Positions 30,764 through 40,724 of a stretch of DNA of 64,000 nucleotides are shown here, piece after piece. The position numbers and the translations under genes are program-made. This stretch comes from Candidatus Phycocordibacter aenigmaticus (GTDB lineage Bacteria > Patescibacteriota > Minisyncoccia > Phycocordibacterales > Phycocordibacteraceae): the NCBI GenBank assembly GCA_045401115.1, contig CP174359.1, positions 291,247 through 355,246 on the forward strand, given 5' to 3'. Numbering within the stretch: the first letter of the stretch is position 1; the number at the start of each line of letters is the position of its first letter. Below the pieces are notes generated by a model. The model was not told the origin of the DNA. It did not search any database and was given only the letters and a program-made list of their open reading frames with translations.

Positions 30764-31681
30764 ATGTGGGTGAGTATTAAAAGAATATTGCGAAGCGGGT
30801 TTGTCAGTTTCTGGCGCAACGGGTTTGTTTCACTTGCAAGTGTCTTTGTTATGACTATGACATTGACCATTATCGGTTCACTCATGTTCCTCAACGGGAT
30901 TGTCGGTCAGTTTGTTGTATATGTGCAAGACAAAGTTGATATTAATGTCTATTTTGTTCCCGCAGCTGAAGAAGAGGCTATTAGCGGTATTACTGAGACG
31001 ATACGTAACTTACCGGAAGTCTCATATGTCGAATATACAACTCGTGATGAGGTGTTAGAGAATTTCCGTGAACGGCATCGTGACGATCAACTCACATTAC
31101 AGGCGATCGATGAGCTGGGAGATAACCCATTTGGTGCCACGCTTTCTATTAAAGCAAAAGACCCTTCACAATATGCTGGGATTGCTCAATTTCTGGAGGA
31201 GCGCATGGAAAGTTCCGAGAGCGAAACATTTATCGATACGATCAATTACGCTCAAAATAAAGTAGTTATTGACCAACTTCAGGCACTCACTAATTATGTC
31301 GAACGTTTTGGGTACGTCATTATTATTTTATTCTCTTTAGCGTCAATATTAATTACATTTAACACGCTTCGTCTTGCTATTTATACAGCGAGAGAAGAAA
31401 TCAGCGTCATGCGTCTTATGGGTGCCTCAAACGGATATATTCGCGGTCCGTTCCTTGTTGAAGGAACACTCTATGGGGTAATTTCTGGGTTGGTATCTCT
31501 TATATTATTTGTACCAATTACACTCTTTTTACGTGACGCCACCATTGCGGCATTTGGTACGGATATATTCAATTACTACGTGATGAACCTTCCGGTATTC
31601 ATTGTCACGCTTATTGGTATTGGTGTGGTATTAGGTGCGCTTTCAAGTTTCTTAGCGGTACGAAAATACCTCTCAGTATAA
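30764..31681 (+). CDS. ftsX: cell division permease FtsX
   Basis: REEISVMRLMGASNGYIRGPFLVEG, four TMs. Confidence 0.92.
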   Translation: MWVSIKRILRSGFVSFWRNGFVSLASVFVMTMTLTIIGSLMFLNGIVGQFVVYVQDKVDINVYFVPAAEEEAISGITETIRNLPEVSYVEYTTRDEVLENFRERHRDDQLTLQAIDELGDNPFGATLSIKAKDPSQYAGIAQFLEERMESSESETFIDTINYAQNKVVIDQLQALTNYVERFGYVIIILFSLASILITFNTLRLAIYTAREEISVMRLMGASNGYIRGPFLVEGTLYGVISGLVSLILFVPITLFLRDATIAAFGTDIFNYYVMNLPVFIVTLIGIGVVLGALSSFLAVRKYLSV

Positions 31682-31746
31682 AAAGGCGGCAGTCATCGTG
31701 TTGAGATGATTTTCATACTGCGTCTGATGCGGTATACTAATGCGAT

Positions 31747-33483
31747 ATGACAGACTCCCGATCACGAAAAAAACGGTCGGGCACTGCTCCCTCTAAAAAA
31801 CAATCTCCTGGCAAAAAACCGCATAAATACCTTTTTGTTATTGGCGGTGTCATGAGTGGTGTGGGGAAGGGTATCGCTACCTCTTCTATAGCGCTGATCC
31901 TGCAATCAAAAGGATACCGTGTGAACACGGTGAAAGTAGACCCCTACTTAAATGTTGACGCCGGTACGATGAACCCAACCGAACACGGTGAAGTGTTTGT
32001 ATTGGAAAGTGGTCTTGAGACCGATCAAGACATGGGGAATTATGAGCGTTTCCTCAATAAACCACTTGGCGCACACGACTACATGACTAGTGGCATGGTG
32101 TACAGCTCAGTTATCGAACGAGAGCGTAACCTTGAGTACGGCGGCAAGTGTGTTGAAGCTATTCCCCATGTGCGCGATGAGATTATGGAGCGGTATCGCG
32201 CAGCAGGTGAAAAAAACGGTTCAGATATTTCAGTTATTGAAGTGGGTGGTACTGTAGGGGATTTTCAAAATGAATTATTTATTGAAGCCGCACGTGCGTT
32301 GAAAGTTGCGCATCCAGAAGATGTGGGCTTTATGCTCGTCTCATATTTACCGATACCAGGCACACTCGGCGAGATGAAAACGCGTCCTACACAAAACGCC
32401 GTGCACCAACTCAACTCATACGGCGTACAAGCAGATGCAATCATCGCGCGTTCAAATTTGCCCCTTGATGCACGACGTAAACAAAAAATTGCCGCAAGTT
32501 CAAATGTGCCGGTAGATCACATCATCTCTGCTCCAGATATCAAAAGTATTTACGAGGTGCCAGTTAATTTTGAAAAAGAAAAAGTAGGTTCTGTAGTGCT
32601 CGATATTTTAAATCTCAAAAGTCGGAAACCTGCAGATCTTACTGAGTGGAAGAAATTTGTTCGTAAGGTAAAAGAGGCTCCTACTGAAGTACGTATTGGT
32701 ATTATTGGTAAATATTTTGATACTGGTGACTTTGTATTATCTGACGCGTACCTCTCAGTTATTGAAGCGTTAAAATTTTCTGCTGCAGCAACAGGCGCAA
32801 AACTCACTATTGATTGGTTGAATGCCAAAGAGTTTGAACAAAAGGGGAAACGACTAACCTCATTAAACCGTTACGATGGATTGTTAGTGCCTGGTGGTTT
32901 TGGTAAGACAGGTATTGAAGGAAAACTGCGTGCCATTAAATATGCGCGCGAAAACAATATTCCATACTTCGGTCTCTGCTACGGTATGCAATTATTAGTT
33001 ATTGAGTATGCACGTAACGTGCTTGGTTTACGCGACGCACATTCCGTCGAGGTAGATCCAAAAACACCACATCCTGTGGTGGATGTCATGCCTGAACAGA
33101 AAGAATTGCTCCAGAAAAAGCATTACGGCGGCACCATGCGCCTCGGTTCATACCCGGCAAAGATAAAGGAAAACACCATCGCGTCGAACGCCTACTTTGA
33201 AAAATCAAAAACTAAAAATAAGAAATCAGAAATTACCGAGCGTCACCGTCACCGCTATGAAGTAAACCCAGAATATGTGACGCAGCTTGAAAAAGCAGGG
33301 TTGGTTTTCTCGGGGACTTCACCCGACGGGGTACTGATGGAAATTGCTGAACTTTCAAAAAAAGATCATCCATTTATGCTTGGTGCCCAGTTCCACCCCG
33401 AGTTTCAGGCGCGTCCGCTTAGCCCACATCCACTGTTTACCGCGTTTCTCAAAGCGGCACTCACACAAAAGAAAGGTACATAG
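31747..33483 (+). CDS. pyrG: CTP synthase
   Basis: GGVMSGVGKG, DPYLNVDAGTMNP, GLCYGMQ, QFHPEF. Confidence 0.97.
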   Translation: MTDSRSRKKRSGTAPSKKQSPGKKPHKYLFVIGGVMSGVGKGIATSSIALILQSKGYRVNTVKVDPYLNVDAGTMNPTEHGEVFVLESGLETDQDMGNYERFLNKPLGAHDYMTSGMVYSSVIERERNLEYGGKCVEAIPHVRDEIMERYRAAGEKNGSDISVIEVGGTVGDFQNELFIEAARALKVAHPEDVGFMLVSYLPIPGTLGEMKTRPTQNAVHQLNSYGVQADAIIARSNLPLDARRKQKIAASSNVPVDHIISAPDIKSIYEVPVNFEKEKVGSVVLDILNLKSRKPADLTEWKKFVRKVKEAPTEVRIGIIGKYFDTGDFVLSDAYLSVIEALKFSAAATGAKLTIDWLNAKEFEQKGKRLTSLNRYDGLLVPGGFGKTGIEGKLRAIKYARENNIPYFGLCYGMQLLVIEYARNVLGLRDAHSVEVDPKTPHPVVDVMPEQKELLQKKHYGGTMRLGSYPAKIKENTIASNAYFEKSKTKNKKSEITERHRHRYEVNPEYVTQLEKAGLVFSGTSPDGVLMEIAELSKKDHPFMLGAQFHPEFQARPLSPHPLFTAFLKAALTQKKGT

Positions 33484-33513
33484 GTTACATAGAGGCGGTG
33501 GTATCATAAAGAC

Positions 33514-33963
33514 ATGATTTTTATACACCTCGGTGCTCTACTTGTCTTATTCGTCACCGTACTTGTTGCTGATCACTATGTGTTTTCATGGATTCGTGGC
33601 AAGAAGGAAACGCTTTCAGAGAAAAAACTACACATATTGCACACACTTGTGTGGGTAGGGCTTGTCAGCATGATGGTTTCAGGTGTTTGGATGGCGTGGC
33701 CGTTAAAAGATTACTTTGCCACCTCGCTCGCGTTTTACATTAAAATGGCGTTTGTTCTTGCTCTCGTTATAAACGGGTTGGTTATTGGTAAGTTGTTGTC
33801 TGTCACCACGCGCACCCCATTTGCCGAACTGACACCAAAAGAACGACTTCCTATTTTAATCAGTGGTGCTGTATCGACCACTAGTTGGGTTGGGGCGTTT
33901 ATCGCCGCATTGTTTATGACCACATCCGGCTGGTTAGTTTACTTCTTTTCACTCATCTTTTAA
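33514..33963 (+). CDS. hypothetical membrane protein
   Basis: four TM segments, FYIKM...NG motif. Confidence 0.7.
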   Translation: MIFIHLGALLVLFVTVLVADHYVFSWIRGKKETLSEKKLHILHTLVWVGLVSMMVSGVWMAWPLKDYFATSLAFYIKMAFVLALVINGLVIGKLLSVTTRTPFAELTPKERLPILISGAVSTTSWVGAFIAALFMTTSGWLVYFFSLIF

Positions 33964-33988
33964 TTTTAAATATTTTGCTACTATCAAC

Positions 33989-34018
33989 AAAAAACACCCC
34001 GTAAATCGGGGTGTTTTT
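33989..34018. terminator. bidirectional terminator
   Basis: aaaaacaccccg taaat cggggtgttttt. Confidence 0.75.
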
Positions 34019-34037
34019 AAAAGAACAAGCGTTCTTA

Positions 34038-34526
34038 CTATTCAGAGATAGTAATAGTACCCACCATGCCTTGTTCTCGGTGATTACCCACTGAACAGTA
34101 GTAGGTAAACTCACCAGCTTCAGAAGCGGTAAATTGTATAACAGTTTGACCGCCAGCCTCAATGCGTTCACTTGCTACCCCAAGCTCGTCGATAACAAAG
34201 TCATGGGTTCCTTCACTACTCGTCAAAACAAGACGCACCACATCACCGCGGCTTACGTTCATGTCCTTCACTGAGTACGCAAAGTTAGTGCCGTCAATGG
34301 CAAACTCTTGCAGTTGGCCACCTTCAGGAATTTCAAGATTAGCCTCACCATTCACTGCAGCATCGCCGCCAATGAGTCCATTGTCAGGTTGTTCGCTTCC
34401 CTCAGGCATAGTACCTGCCGGAGAACCGTTATTATTTCCTTCTGGGTTCATAGTTTCAGGAGCGAAATAGTAATACGCGGCACCGAGCACCACTACCGCA
34501 ATAATAATTCCAATAAATGCTTTCAT
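34038..34526 (-). CDS. membrane-anchored cupredoxin (blue copper) protein
   Basis: HDF...YYCSVGNHREQGM type-1 Cu ligands. Confidence 0.85.
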   Translation of the reverse strand: MKAFIGIIIAVVVLGAAYYYFAPETMNPEGNNNGSPAGTMPEGSEQPDNGLIGGDAAVNGEANLEIPEGGQLQEFAIDGTNFAYSVKDMNVSRGDVVRLVLTSSEGTHDFVIDELGVASERIEAGGQTVIQFTASEAGEFTYYCSVGNHREQGMVGTITISE

Positions 34527-34625
34527 ATAATCTATATTATTAATCTGTAATAGTTACAGTATACCGTACACCTTTAGTATGCCTGTAGTTGAAATAAACC
34601 CTTTTTTCAGCTACTCTGCCTTTAT

Positions 34626-34716
34626 TGCCGGATTGTCTAATGGTGGGAATGAAAAAGAATCTGCTTTCTTTTTCATCCGGTTCCATTAGGAAATCGCGGT
34701 TGTTTGTGAGTTTAGT
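34626..34716 (+). repeat. tRNA-Gln 5'-end-derived fold-back unit
   Basis: tgccggattgtctaatgg copy, inner hairpin atgaaaaagaa/ttctttttcat, then degenerate antisense ccattaggaaatcgcgg. Confidence 0.7.
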
Positions 34717-34787
34717 TGCCGGATCGTCTAATGGCAGGACGCTTGGTTCTGGTCCAAGAAATCGGGGTTCGAGTCCCTGTCCGGCAA
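34717..34787 (+). tRNA. tRNA-Gln(CTG)
   Basis: tgccgga...cttgg-ttCTGgt-ccaag...ggttcgagtcc...tccggca-a. Confidence 0.93.
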
Positions 34788-34857
34788 CTAAGGCCACAAA
34801 CCCGCGATAGGGGTTCTGGTCCAAGAAATCGGGGTTCGAGTCCCTGTCCGGCAACTA
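34745..34857 (+). repeat. 46-bp perfect direct repeat of the tRNA-Gln 3' half (att-like), 21-nt spacer
   Basis: 34745-34790 is identical to 34812-34857. Confidence 0.9.
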
Positions 34858-35060
34858 GAGAAAAAGCCGCTTTAGCGGCTTTTTTGTTGCCGTACAAGAA
34901 CAGTGCCTGCGCACTGTTCGAGGGACTCGAACCGCCGGAGGCATGTCGCGCGCAGCGGAGCGAGCACGAAGCCGAGGCGTGGCCCGCGGTCGTTATGAAT
35001 TTTCTTACCTTTAGGTAATAAAATGAATTACGAACCGTCAGGCTCTAGCCCTGTCCGGCA
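34858..35060 (+). repeat. tRNA-Gln 3'-end-derived unit (hairpin, interrupted antisense copy, motif, direct copy)
   Basis: gttgccgtaca[hairpin]agggactcgaacc 34886-34933; gcgcagcggagcgagca 34950-34966; ccctgtccggca 35049-35060. Confidence 0.8.
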
Positions 35061-35144
35061 GCATCTTAGGGCACCGTGACCGAAGAGGGTCATTGCCCAA
35101 GAACCTATTCTGAAATTGCATACCTGTTGAGTGCAGTAACCAGA

Positions 35145-35174
35145 CAAAAAACCACCCAAATGGGTGGTTTTTTG
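35145..35174. terminator. intrinsic terminator
   Basis: aaaaaaccaccca aa tgggtggtttttt. Confidence 0.75.
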
Positions 35175-35201
35175 TTTTTGTCTCTTAAGTTAATTAGCGC
35201 T

Positions 35202-36524
35202 TCACTTAATGTACTTGTTCCTCGACAAAAACAGTTTCTCACCCAAGAAGATTAGAACTATCGCAATGACTGACACATAAATAACCAATATGTCCGTGCG
35301 AGCTTTTATAATCAAAAACGCTCCAAGTACAACAACGTCAAGAACAATGGCAGTAAGTACGATAAAAGCGTTTGCTTTAATTTTGTGTCGCAGGTGACGG
35401 AATACACCCCAGTGCACTGCGATATCCATGATGAGATAGAAAATTGCGCCTAATGAAGCTATCCTACTCAAATCAAAGAAAACGGTAAGAAGCATGGCGA
35501 GCACGATAGTGTAGACCAGTGTGTGTTTTTGAATATCGCCAGGCATGCCAAAGTGTTTGTGCGGCACAAGCTTCATGTCGGTGAGCATGGCAAGCATTCT
35601 TGAAACAGCAAATGCACTCGCAATAACACCAGAGACGGTTGCAATTATTGCCAACACAACGGTAAACCAAACTCCAAAATTCCCAAGCACAGGCCGTGCG
35701 GTTTCAGCGAGGACAAAGTCTTTATATTGGATTATTTCAGAAGGTGTAAGGTTGAGGGCAACTGCAAGCGCTACGAGAAAATAGACAAACACACAGATGC
35801 CTATAGAAATTATGATGGCACGACCCACATTACGATGTGGTTCTCGTATTTCGGAGCCACTATTGGTAATGGTTGTAAAACCCTTGTATGCAAGTATTGC
35901 AAGCGCAACACCAGCTAAAAAGCCAATAGCATCTGTATTGCTCGCGGTGTTTGTACTGAAAATTTCAAAAGAAAAACCAGAAAGCCATAACCCAACCAGA
36001 CCAAAAAGGGCAATACCACTGATTTTTAGAAACGACATAATGATCGAAAACTTTCCGATCACTCGATTCCCGGAGATGTTTATGATGAACGCGAAAAGAA
36101 GCAGTCCAACACCAAGTGCTGGCACCAACAAGGAGTGTGGATCCACATCAAACAGTCGAAGGACGTACGTTCCAAATGTGCGCGCTACCAAACTTTCATT
36201 GATAACCATAGAAAAGTACATGAGAAGCGCGCCGACTGCTGTGACTGTACCAAGGCCGTATGCTTCTTTGAGAAACATAGCAATACCACCTGCGCTTGGA
36301 AACGCGTTCGACAACTTTATATATGAATACGCACTGAAGGCTGTTACAAATGCGGCAACAATAAACGCAAGCGGGAATAAAGGTCCCGCTAATTCTGCAA
36401 TTTGGCCGGTGAGAGCAAAAATACCAGCACCGATAATTACTGCCGTGCCCATTGAAACCGCACCGATGAGCGACAGGCTGCCCGCCCTATAGTTTGTTTT
36501 TCGTTCACTATGTTCTGGGTGCAT
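35202..36524 (-). CDS. APC family amino acid permease
   Basis: IIGAGIFAL, PSAGG, about 12 TMs, EIREPHRN. Confidence 0.9.
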   Translation of the reverse strand: MHPEHSERKTNYRAGSLSLIGAVSMGTAVIIGAGIFALTGQIAELAGPLFPLAFIVAAFVTAFSAYSYIKLSNAFPSAGGIAMFLKEAYGLGTVTAVGALLMYFSMVINESLVARTFGTYVLRLFDVDPHSLLVPALGVGLLLFAFIINISGNRVIGKFSIIMSFLKISGIALFGLVGLWLSGFSFEIFSTNTASNTDAIGFLAGVALAILAYKGFTTITNSGSEIREPHRNVGRAIIISIGICVFVYFLVALAVALNLTPSEIIQYKDFVLAETARPVLGNFGVWFTVVLAIIATVSGVIASAFAVSRMLAMLTDMKLVPHKHFGMPGDIQKHTLVYTIVLAMLLTVFFDLSRIASLGAIFYLIMDIAVHWGVFRHLRHKIKANAFIVLTAIVLDVVVLGAFLIIKARTDILVIYVSVIAIVLIFLGEKLFLSRNKYIK

Positions 36525-36580
36525 GAGGTAAAGTATACCCCTTTTGGCGTTGCTTTCTATTTTCCGTTATAATTAGGTTC

Positions 36581-37012
36581 ATGAAATTTTTTGCGTTAGC
36601 AAAAAACAATTTACGACTCTTCGGAATTTTTGTGTTCGGACTGTTTTTGTTAATTGGTTGTGTTGGTCTTCCACATTCAGTGCTCAGTGAGCATGTAAAC
36701 GGAGAAATGGCGCCAGGTTGCCCAGTGATGCCTGGAGCACACTCGCTGTGTCAGATGGATGCTCTTGAACATATTGCTGCTTGGCAAGATACGGTGACCG
36801 CACTCCCATCGCAGTTCGCGAGTGTACTATTAACATTGCTACTTGCTCTCGCTTCAGTTTTTGTTGCCCGTTCATTGGCACTCAATATATATTCGTTCTT
36901 CGAACCCTTTAATGCATCACCCCCGCCTCTTTATGCAGGTATCTTTATACCCATAGCAAATCCTCTCCAGGAAGCATTTTCAAACGGTATTCTTCACCCA
37001 AAGATTTTCTAA
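36581..37012 (+). CDS. hypothetical membrane protein with Cys/His/Met loop leading the metal/thiol operon
   Basis: GCPVMPGAHSLCQM...EHIAAWQ, C-terminal FSNGILHPKIF. Confidence 0.6.
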   Translation: MKFFALAKNNLRLFGIFVFGLFLLIGCVGLPHSVLSEHVNGEMAPGCPVMPGAHSLCQMDALEHIAAWQDTVTALPSQFASVLLTLLLALASVFVARSLALNIYSFFEPFNASPPPLYAGIFIPIANPLQEAFSNGILHPKIF

Positions 37013-37090
37013 TTTTTTGTATATCCACCTCTTGAATCCAGATATTGGTGGTTTTTTTATTTACCCTTAACAGAAAAGTAATACTTAATT

Positions 37091-37822
37091 ATGGAACAAT
37101 TAAAAACAACAAATAGCTTAGCAATCCCCATAGCCATTGTCATAGCAGGAGTTTTGGTTGCAGCGGCTCTATTCTTTAGTGGTGGACAAAGCGCTGCACC
37201 AACAGCAGGAAACCAACAAGTGGACCAACAACCACAACAGCAAACTGGGTCAACCGATCAAGTTAGTCCAGTGACATCAGAAGACCACATTCGTGGGAAT
37301 CCTGATGCTCCCGTTAAAATTGTTGAATACTCTGATTTTGAGTGTCCGTTCTGTAAGCGATTTCACGAGACCATGAATCAGGTCATGGATGAGTACGGTG
37401 CAAGCGGTGAGGTTGCATGGATATATCGGCATTTCCCCTTGGAACAACTTCACCCAGTAAAAGCGGTGCGTGAAGCAGTGGTTTCTGAGTGTGTTGCTGA
37501 ACTTGGCGGAAATGATGCGTTCTGGAAATTTACCGATCGTTTCTTTGAGCTCACGCCATCGAACAATCAAACTAATCTCGAAACAGTTCTTCCGCAAATT
37601 ATTGGAGAGCTCGGACTTTCTCAATCAGCGGTGGACGAATGTGTCGCAAGCGGTAGGTATGATCAGCATGTACAGGATGACTTCACTAACGCAGTTGCAA
37701 CTGGCGGTCAGGGAACACCCTGGAGCATTATTGTCACTCAAAATGGTGATACCTTTCCGCTCTCTGGCGCACAACCATACAGTGCGATAAAACAGCTTAT
37801 TGACCTAGCACTTCAGAATTAA
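37091..37822 (+). CDS. DsbA/BdbD family thiol-disulfide oxidoreductase
   Basis: EYSDFECPFC, YRHFPL, GTP cis-Pro loop, GAQP. Confidence 0.92.
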   Translation: MEQLKTTNSLAIPIAIVIAGVLVAAALFFSGGQSAAPTAGNQQVDQQPQQQTGSTDQVSPVTSEDHIRGNPDAPVKIVEYSDFECPFCKRFHETMNQVMDEYGASGEVAWIYRHFPLEQLHPVKAVREAVVSECVAELGGNDAFWKFTDRFFELTPSNNQTNLETVLPQIIGELGLSQSAVDECVASGRYDQHVQDDFTNAVATGGQGTPWSIIVTQNGDTFPLSGAQPYSAIKQLIDLALQN

Positions 37823-37832
37823 CCAACCTTCT

Positions 37833-38366
37833 ATGGTGCTGTTACAAACCTTCACAAGAAAACCACTCCTTGCGTTGCTCGCAATCTTTGTGGCATGGGT
37901 CGTGTTCACTATTGCTGTGTGGCTTCCTAACTGGCGTTTGGTATTCCAAATGCTCTCAGCTGAAAACATTGCAGTTGCAGACAAAGTCGGTGTTCTCCTC
38001 AGTCTCTACGGCTCTATTGGGACAAACTTCACCGCACTTTCTGCAAGCTACACGGTCGCTATCGCACTCTTGTTCGGTGTGAACGTGGCACTTCTCTACC
38101 ATTACATAAAAACGCGGAAGGGAAGTATGTCAAACAACGCCGCAATGAGTGTGGGTGGTTTTGTGAGCGGTATCTTTGGGGTTGGCTGTGCAGCATGCGG
38201 AACATTTATCCTGAGTTCTATTCTCGGACTCGTGGGAGGGGCTGGAGTTATTGCATTTCTCCCACTCGGTGGAGAGGAGTTTGGCCTCCTTGGTGTTGCA
38301 CTGCTCGGGTACTCCGTGTATAGCATCTCAAAGAAGATCGGAGAGCCGCTTGTTTGTGAGACTTAG
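37833..38366 (+). CDS. membrane protein with intramembrane CxxC
   Basis: GCAACG in a TM region, C-terminal Cys. Confidence 0.65.
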   Translation: MVLLQTFTRKPLLALLAIFVAWVVFTIAVWLPNWRLVFQMLSAENIAVADKVGVLLSLYGSIGTNFTALSASYTVAIALLFGVNVALLYHYIKTRKGSMSNNAAMSVGGFVSGIFGVGCAACGTFILSSILGLVGGAGVIAFLPLGGEEFGLLGVALLGYSVYSISKKIGEPLVCET

Positions 38367-38388
38367 TAATTAATTGTAGAAGAAACAT

Positions 38389-38781
38389 ATGAACAACAAT
38401 ACACAACTGACTGTCGCAGCATCGATTATCGCAGGAGGTCTTATTGTCGCAGCAGTGTTGTTTACCGGAAGCGATGGTCCAAGCACAAAAACATTCAACA
38501 TCGTGATGGAAAATAATCGTTACAATCCATCAGAAATCGTTGCTAGTGTTGGCGATCGAGTAGTCATTAACTTCACTAATCGTGATCCAGTAAGTCACGG
38601 CGTTGCGCTACCTCAGTTCAATGCAACAGTTCCTGGTGGGCATATCCCTGCAGGTGGTAAAGCGCGTATGGAATTTGTTGCTGATAGGAAAGTGAACACT
38701 GACGCTGCGGTGTGTGGTGGTCCGAATCCGAGTGACAAGACTGATAATCACGGTGAAGAGCTTATCGTAAAAGTGATATGA
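38389..38781 (+). CDS. cupredoxin-domain protein
   Basis: YNPSEI...GDRVVINFTNRDPVSHGV, C...H. Confidence 0.75.
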   Translation: MNNNTQLTVAASIIAGGLIVAAVLFTGSDGPSTKTFNIVMENNRYNPSEIVASVGDRVVINFTNRDPVSHGVALPQFNATVPGGHIPAGGKARMEFVADRKVNTDAAVCGGPNPSDKTDNHGEELIVKVI

Positions 38782-39563
38782 AAAAAGTTCTTGCAGTCAT
38801 TCTTATGGTAGTCATTGGTGGCGCACTGGCTACACTACTGAACAACGGAGCAGAACAACAGAACGTATCAGTGCGTAGCATTGATGAGGTGTTTTTCCTT
38901 TCAGAGCAGGTTGGCACTGAAGACACTATCCTGATTGACCGGGTGATTATGGAACAACCAGGGTTTGTGGTACTTCGCGAGGTAGTGAACGAAAAACCAG
39001 GACAAGTTATTGAAGCGAGCCGGTATCTTGAAAGAGGAGAACACGCCAATATCCTCATTGAACTCACGAAGCCACTTCCTGCCGTGGGTGTTGACATCAG
39101 CGGTGAGTTTCCACTCACACGAAATGCTGTTGCTGTTGTGTACACAGATGATGGCGACAAAGGCTTTAATCCGTTTCTTGATTCGCCAGCGTACTACAAC
39201 GGGGCAGTGCTTGCACGCTTTGTCAGAACAGGAGCTGTTGCACCAGAGCACGTAGCAGTGCCGAACACAGGAATTGGTACAAACGTTATCGCACAAACAG
39301 TGACATACACCGATAGTGGATTCTCGCCACAAACTGTTGAAGTGCGTCGCGGCGACACTGTTCAGTTCGTAAACAAAAGTAGTCGCCCAATGTGGGTTGC
39401 TTCAAATGAACATCCTGCGCATACTGTTTTGCCAACATTCGATCAATTCAGTGTGTCGGCGTTTGGTGAGAGTTATGAGTACACGTTCGAACAAGAAGGT
39501 ACATGGGAGTATCATGATCACGTAAACGCAAGTGAACTTGGAACTGTTATTGTTCGTAATTAG
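38778..39563 (+). CDS. membrane-anchored protein with C-terminal plastocyanin-like domain
   Basis: GFSPQTVEVRRGDTVQFVN, HPAH, WEYHDH...GTVIV. Confidence 0.72.
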   Translation: MKKVLAVILMVVIGGALATLLNNGAEQQNVSVRSIDEVFFLSEQVGTEDTILIDRVIMEQPGFVVLREVVNEKPGQVIEASRYLERGEHANILIELTKPLPAVGVDISGEFPLTRNAVAVVYTDDGDKGFNPFLDSPAYYNGAVLARFVRTGAVAPEHVAVPNTGIGTNVIAQTVTYTDSGFSPQTVEVRRGDTVQFVNKSSRPMWVASNEHPAHTVLPTFDQFSVSAFGESYEYTFEQEGTWEYHDHVNASELGTVIVRN

Positions 39564-39592
39564 TAATAAACTAAAATTGTTATAGGAATTAT

Positions 39593-40381
39593 ATGAAAAA
39601 TAAAAAGATAGTTTGGTGGCTTATTGGAATTATTGCAGTCCTAGGACTTCTATTTTGGGCTGGTTCTGCAACCCGCACACCATCAGGAGGAGGGGACATT
39701 GTAGCAACAAACGGCATTCACTGGCATCCAGAATTAACCATTTATGTCGACGGTGATAAACAAGAAATACCAGCCAATATTGGCTTGGCAGGTGGGCACC
39801 AGCCGATGCACACGCACGTTGAAGATGCTCCTCAAGGAGTTCTTCACTTTGAGTTTGGCGGCGCGGTTCGCACTGGCGACCTTCGCCTTGGCAATTTCTT
39901 TAGAATTTGGGGGAATAAAGATATTCAAACCGCTTTTGGTACGTTAGAGCGTATGACGGTGAATGGAGAAGAGAACATGGAGTACGGTGATTATGAGGTT
40001 CAAAGTGAGGATAAAATTGAACTTTACTACACAACTTCTCTCACGAATGAAACTCACACCGCAAGGTATCAAACAATATCAGTAAATGAACTGAAAGAGT
40101 CTCTAGCAAGTAAAGACTTTACGTTGGTGAACGTCCATATTCCGTACACAGCTGAAATTGAAGGAACTGATGCGTTTGTTCCGTACAACGAGATTGCACA
40201 AAATCTCGATCAACTACCAACAGATAAAAATGAAAAGATAGTGTTGTATTGTCAGAGCGGCAACATGAGCGCTATTGCAGCACAAACACTTGTTGATCTT
40301 GGATACACTAACGTCATTGATGTGCCTGGCGGTATGATTGAATGGGACAGGGAAGGGTTTCCACTCATCAGTTCACAGTAG
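39593..40381 (+). CDS. His-rich domain plus rhodanese fusion
   Basis: HWHP...MHTH N-terminal domain; IVLYCQSGNMS and GGMIEW. Confidence 0.78.
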   Translation: MKNKKIVWWLIGIIAVLGLLFWAGSATRTPSGGGDIVATNGIHWHPELTIYVDGDKQEIPANIGLAGGHQPMHTHVEDAPQGVLHFEFGGAVRTGDLRLGNFFRIWGNKDIQTAFGTLERMTVNGEENMEYGDYEVQSEDKIELYYTTSLTNETHTARYQTISVNELKESLASKDFTLVNVHIPYTAEIEGTDAFVPYNEIAQNLDQLPTDKNEKIVLYCQSGNMSAIAAQTLVDLGYTNVIDVPGGMIEWDREGFPLISSQ

Positions 40382-40412
40382 AGAGTTTTTACACAAAAAT
40401 CTCTACATACTC

Positions 40413-40443
40413 TTGACTCAGTATACCCCCGGGGGGTATACTG
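40413..40443 (+). promoter_or_regulatory. sigma70 promoter overlapped by a CsoR-type operator
   Basis: TTGACT (40413) N18 TATACT (40437); perfect palindrome cagtataccccc-g-gggggtatactg (40419-40443). Confidence 0.88.
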
Positions 40444-40450
40444 GTTGTAC

Positions 40451-40720
40451 ATGAGAGGCGACATACAAAAGCAGGTGCAGAACAGACTAAAACGTATCGA
40501 GGGACAAGTACGTGGCTTGCAGAAGATGGTGGAAGAGGAAAAATATTGTGTCGACATTATTACTCAAACATCTGCAGTGCGGAAAGCACTCTCTGCCGTG
40601 GAGGACTCCATGCTTGAGAACCATCTCTCGACGCATGTTGTGGAGCAGATGAAATCAGGAAATTCTAAGAAGGCGATTGAAGAAATTCTTTCTGTGTATA
40701 AGCTTTCAAAAAGAAAATAA
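40451..40720 (+). CDS. csoR: CsoR/RcnR family metal-sensing repressor (Cys-His-His ligand pattern)
   Basis: RLKRIEGQVRGLQKM...YCVDI...ENHLSTH. Confidence 0.9.
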   Translation: MRGDIQKQVQNRLKRIEGQVRGLQKMVEEEKYCVDIITQTSAVRKALSAVEDSMLENHLSTHVVEQMKSGNSKKAIEEILSVYKLSKRK

Positions 40721-40724
40721 CACT

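Noticed and set aside
34540-35018. ORFs overlapping tRNA-Gln and its repeats
   Set aside because: They are translations of tRNA and repeat sequence with no protein-like features.
35797-36492. 231-aa plus-strand ORF and other long antisense ORFs (e.g. 6668-7255, 42745-43206)
   Set aside because: These are shadow ORFs opposite well-supported genes.
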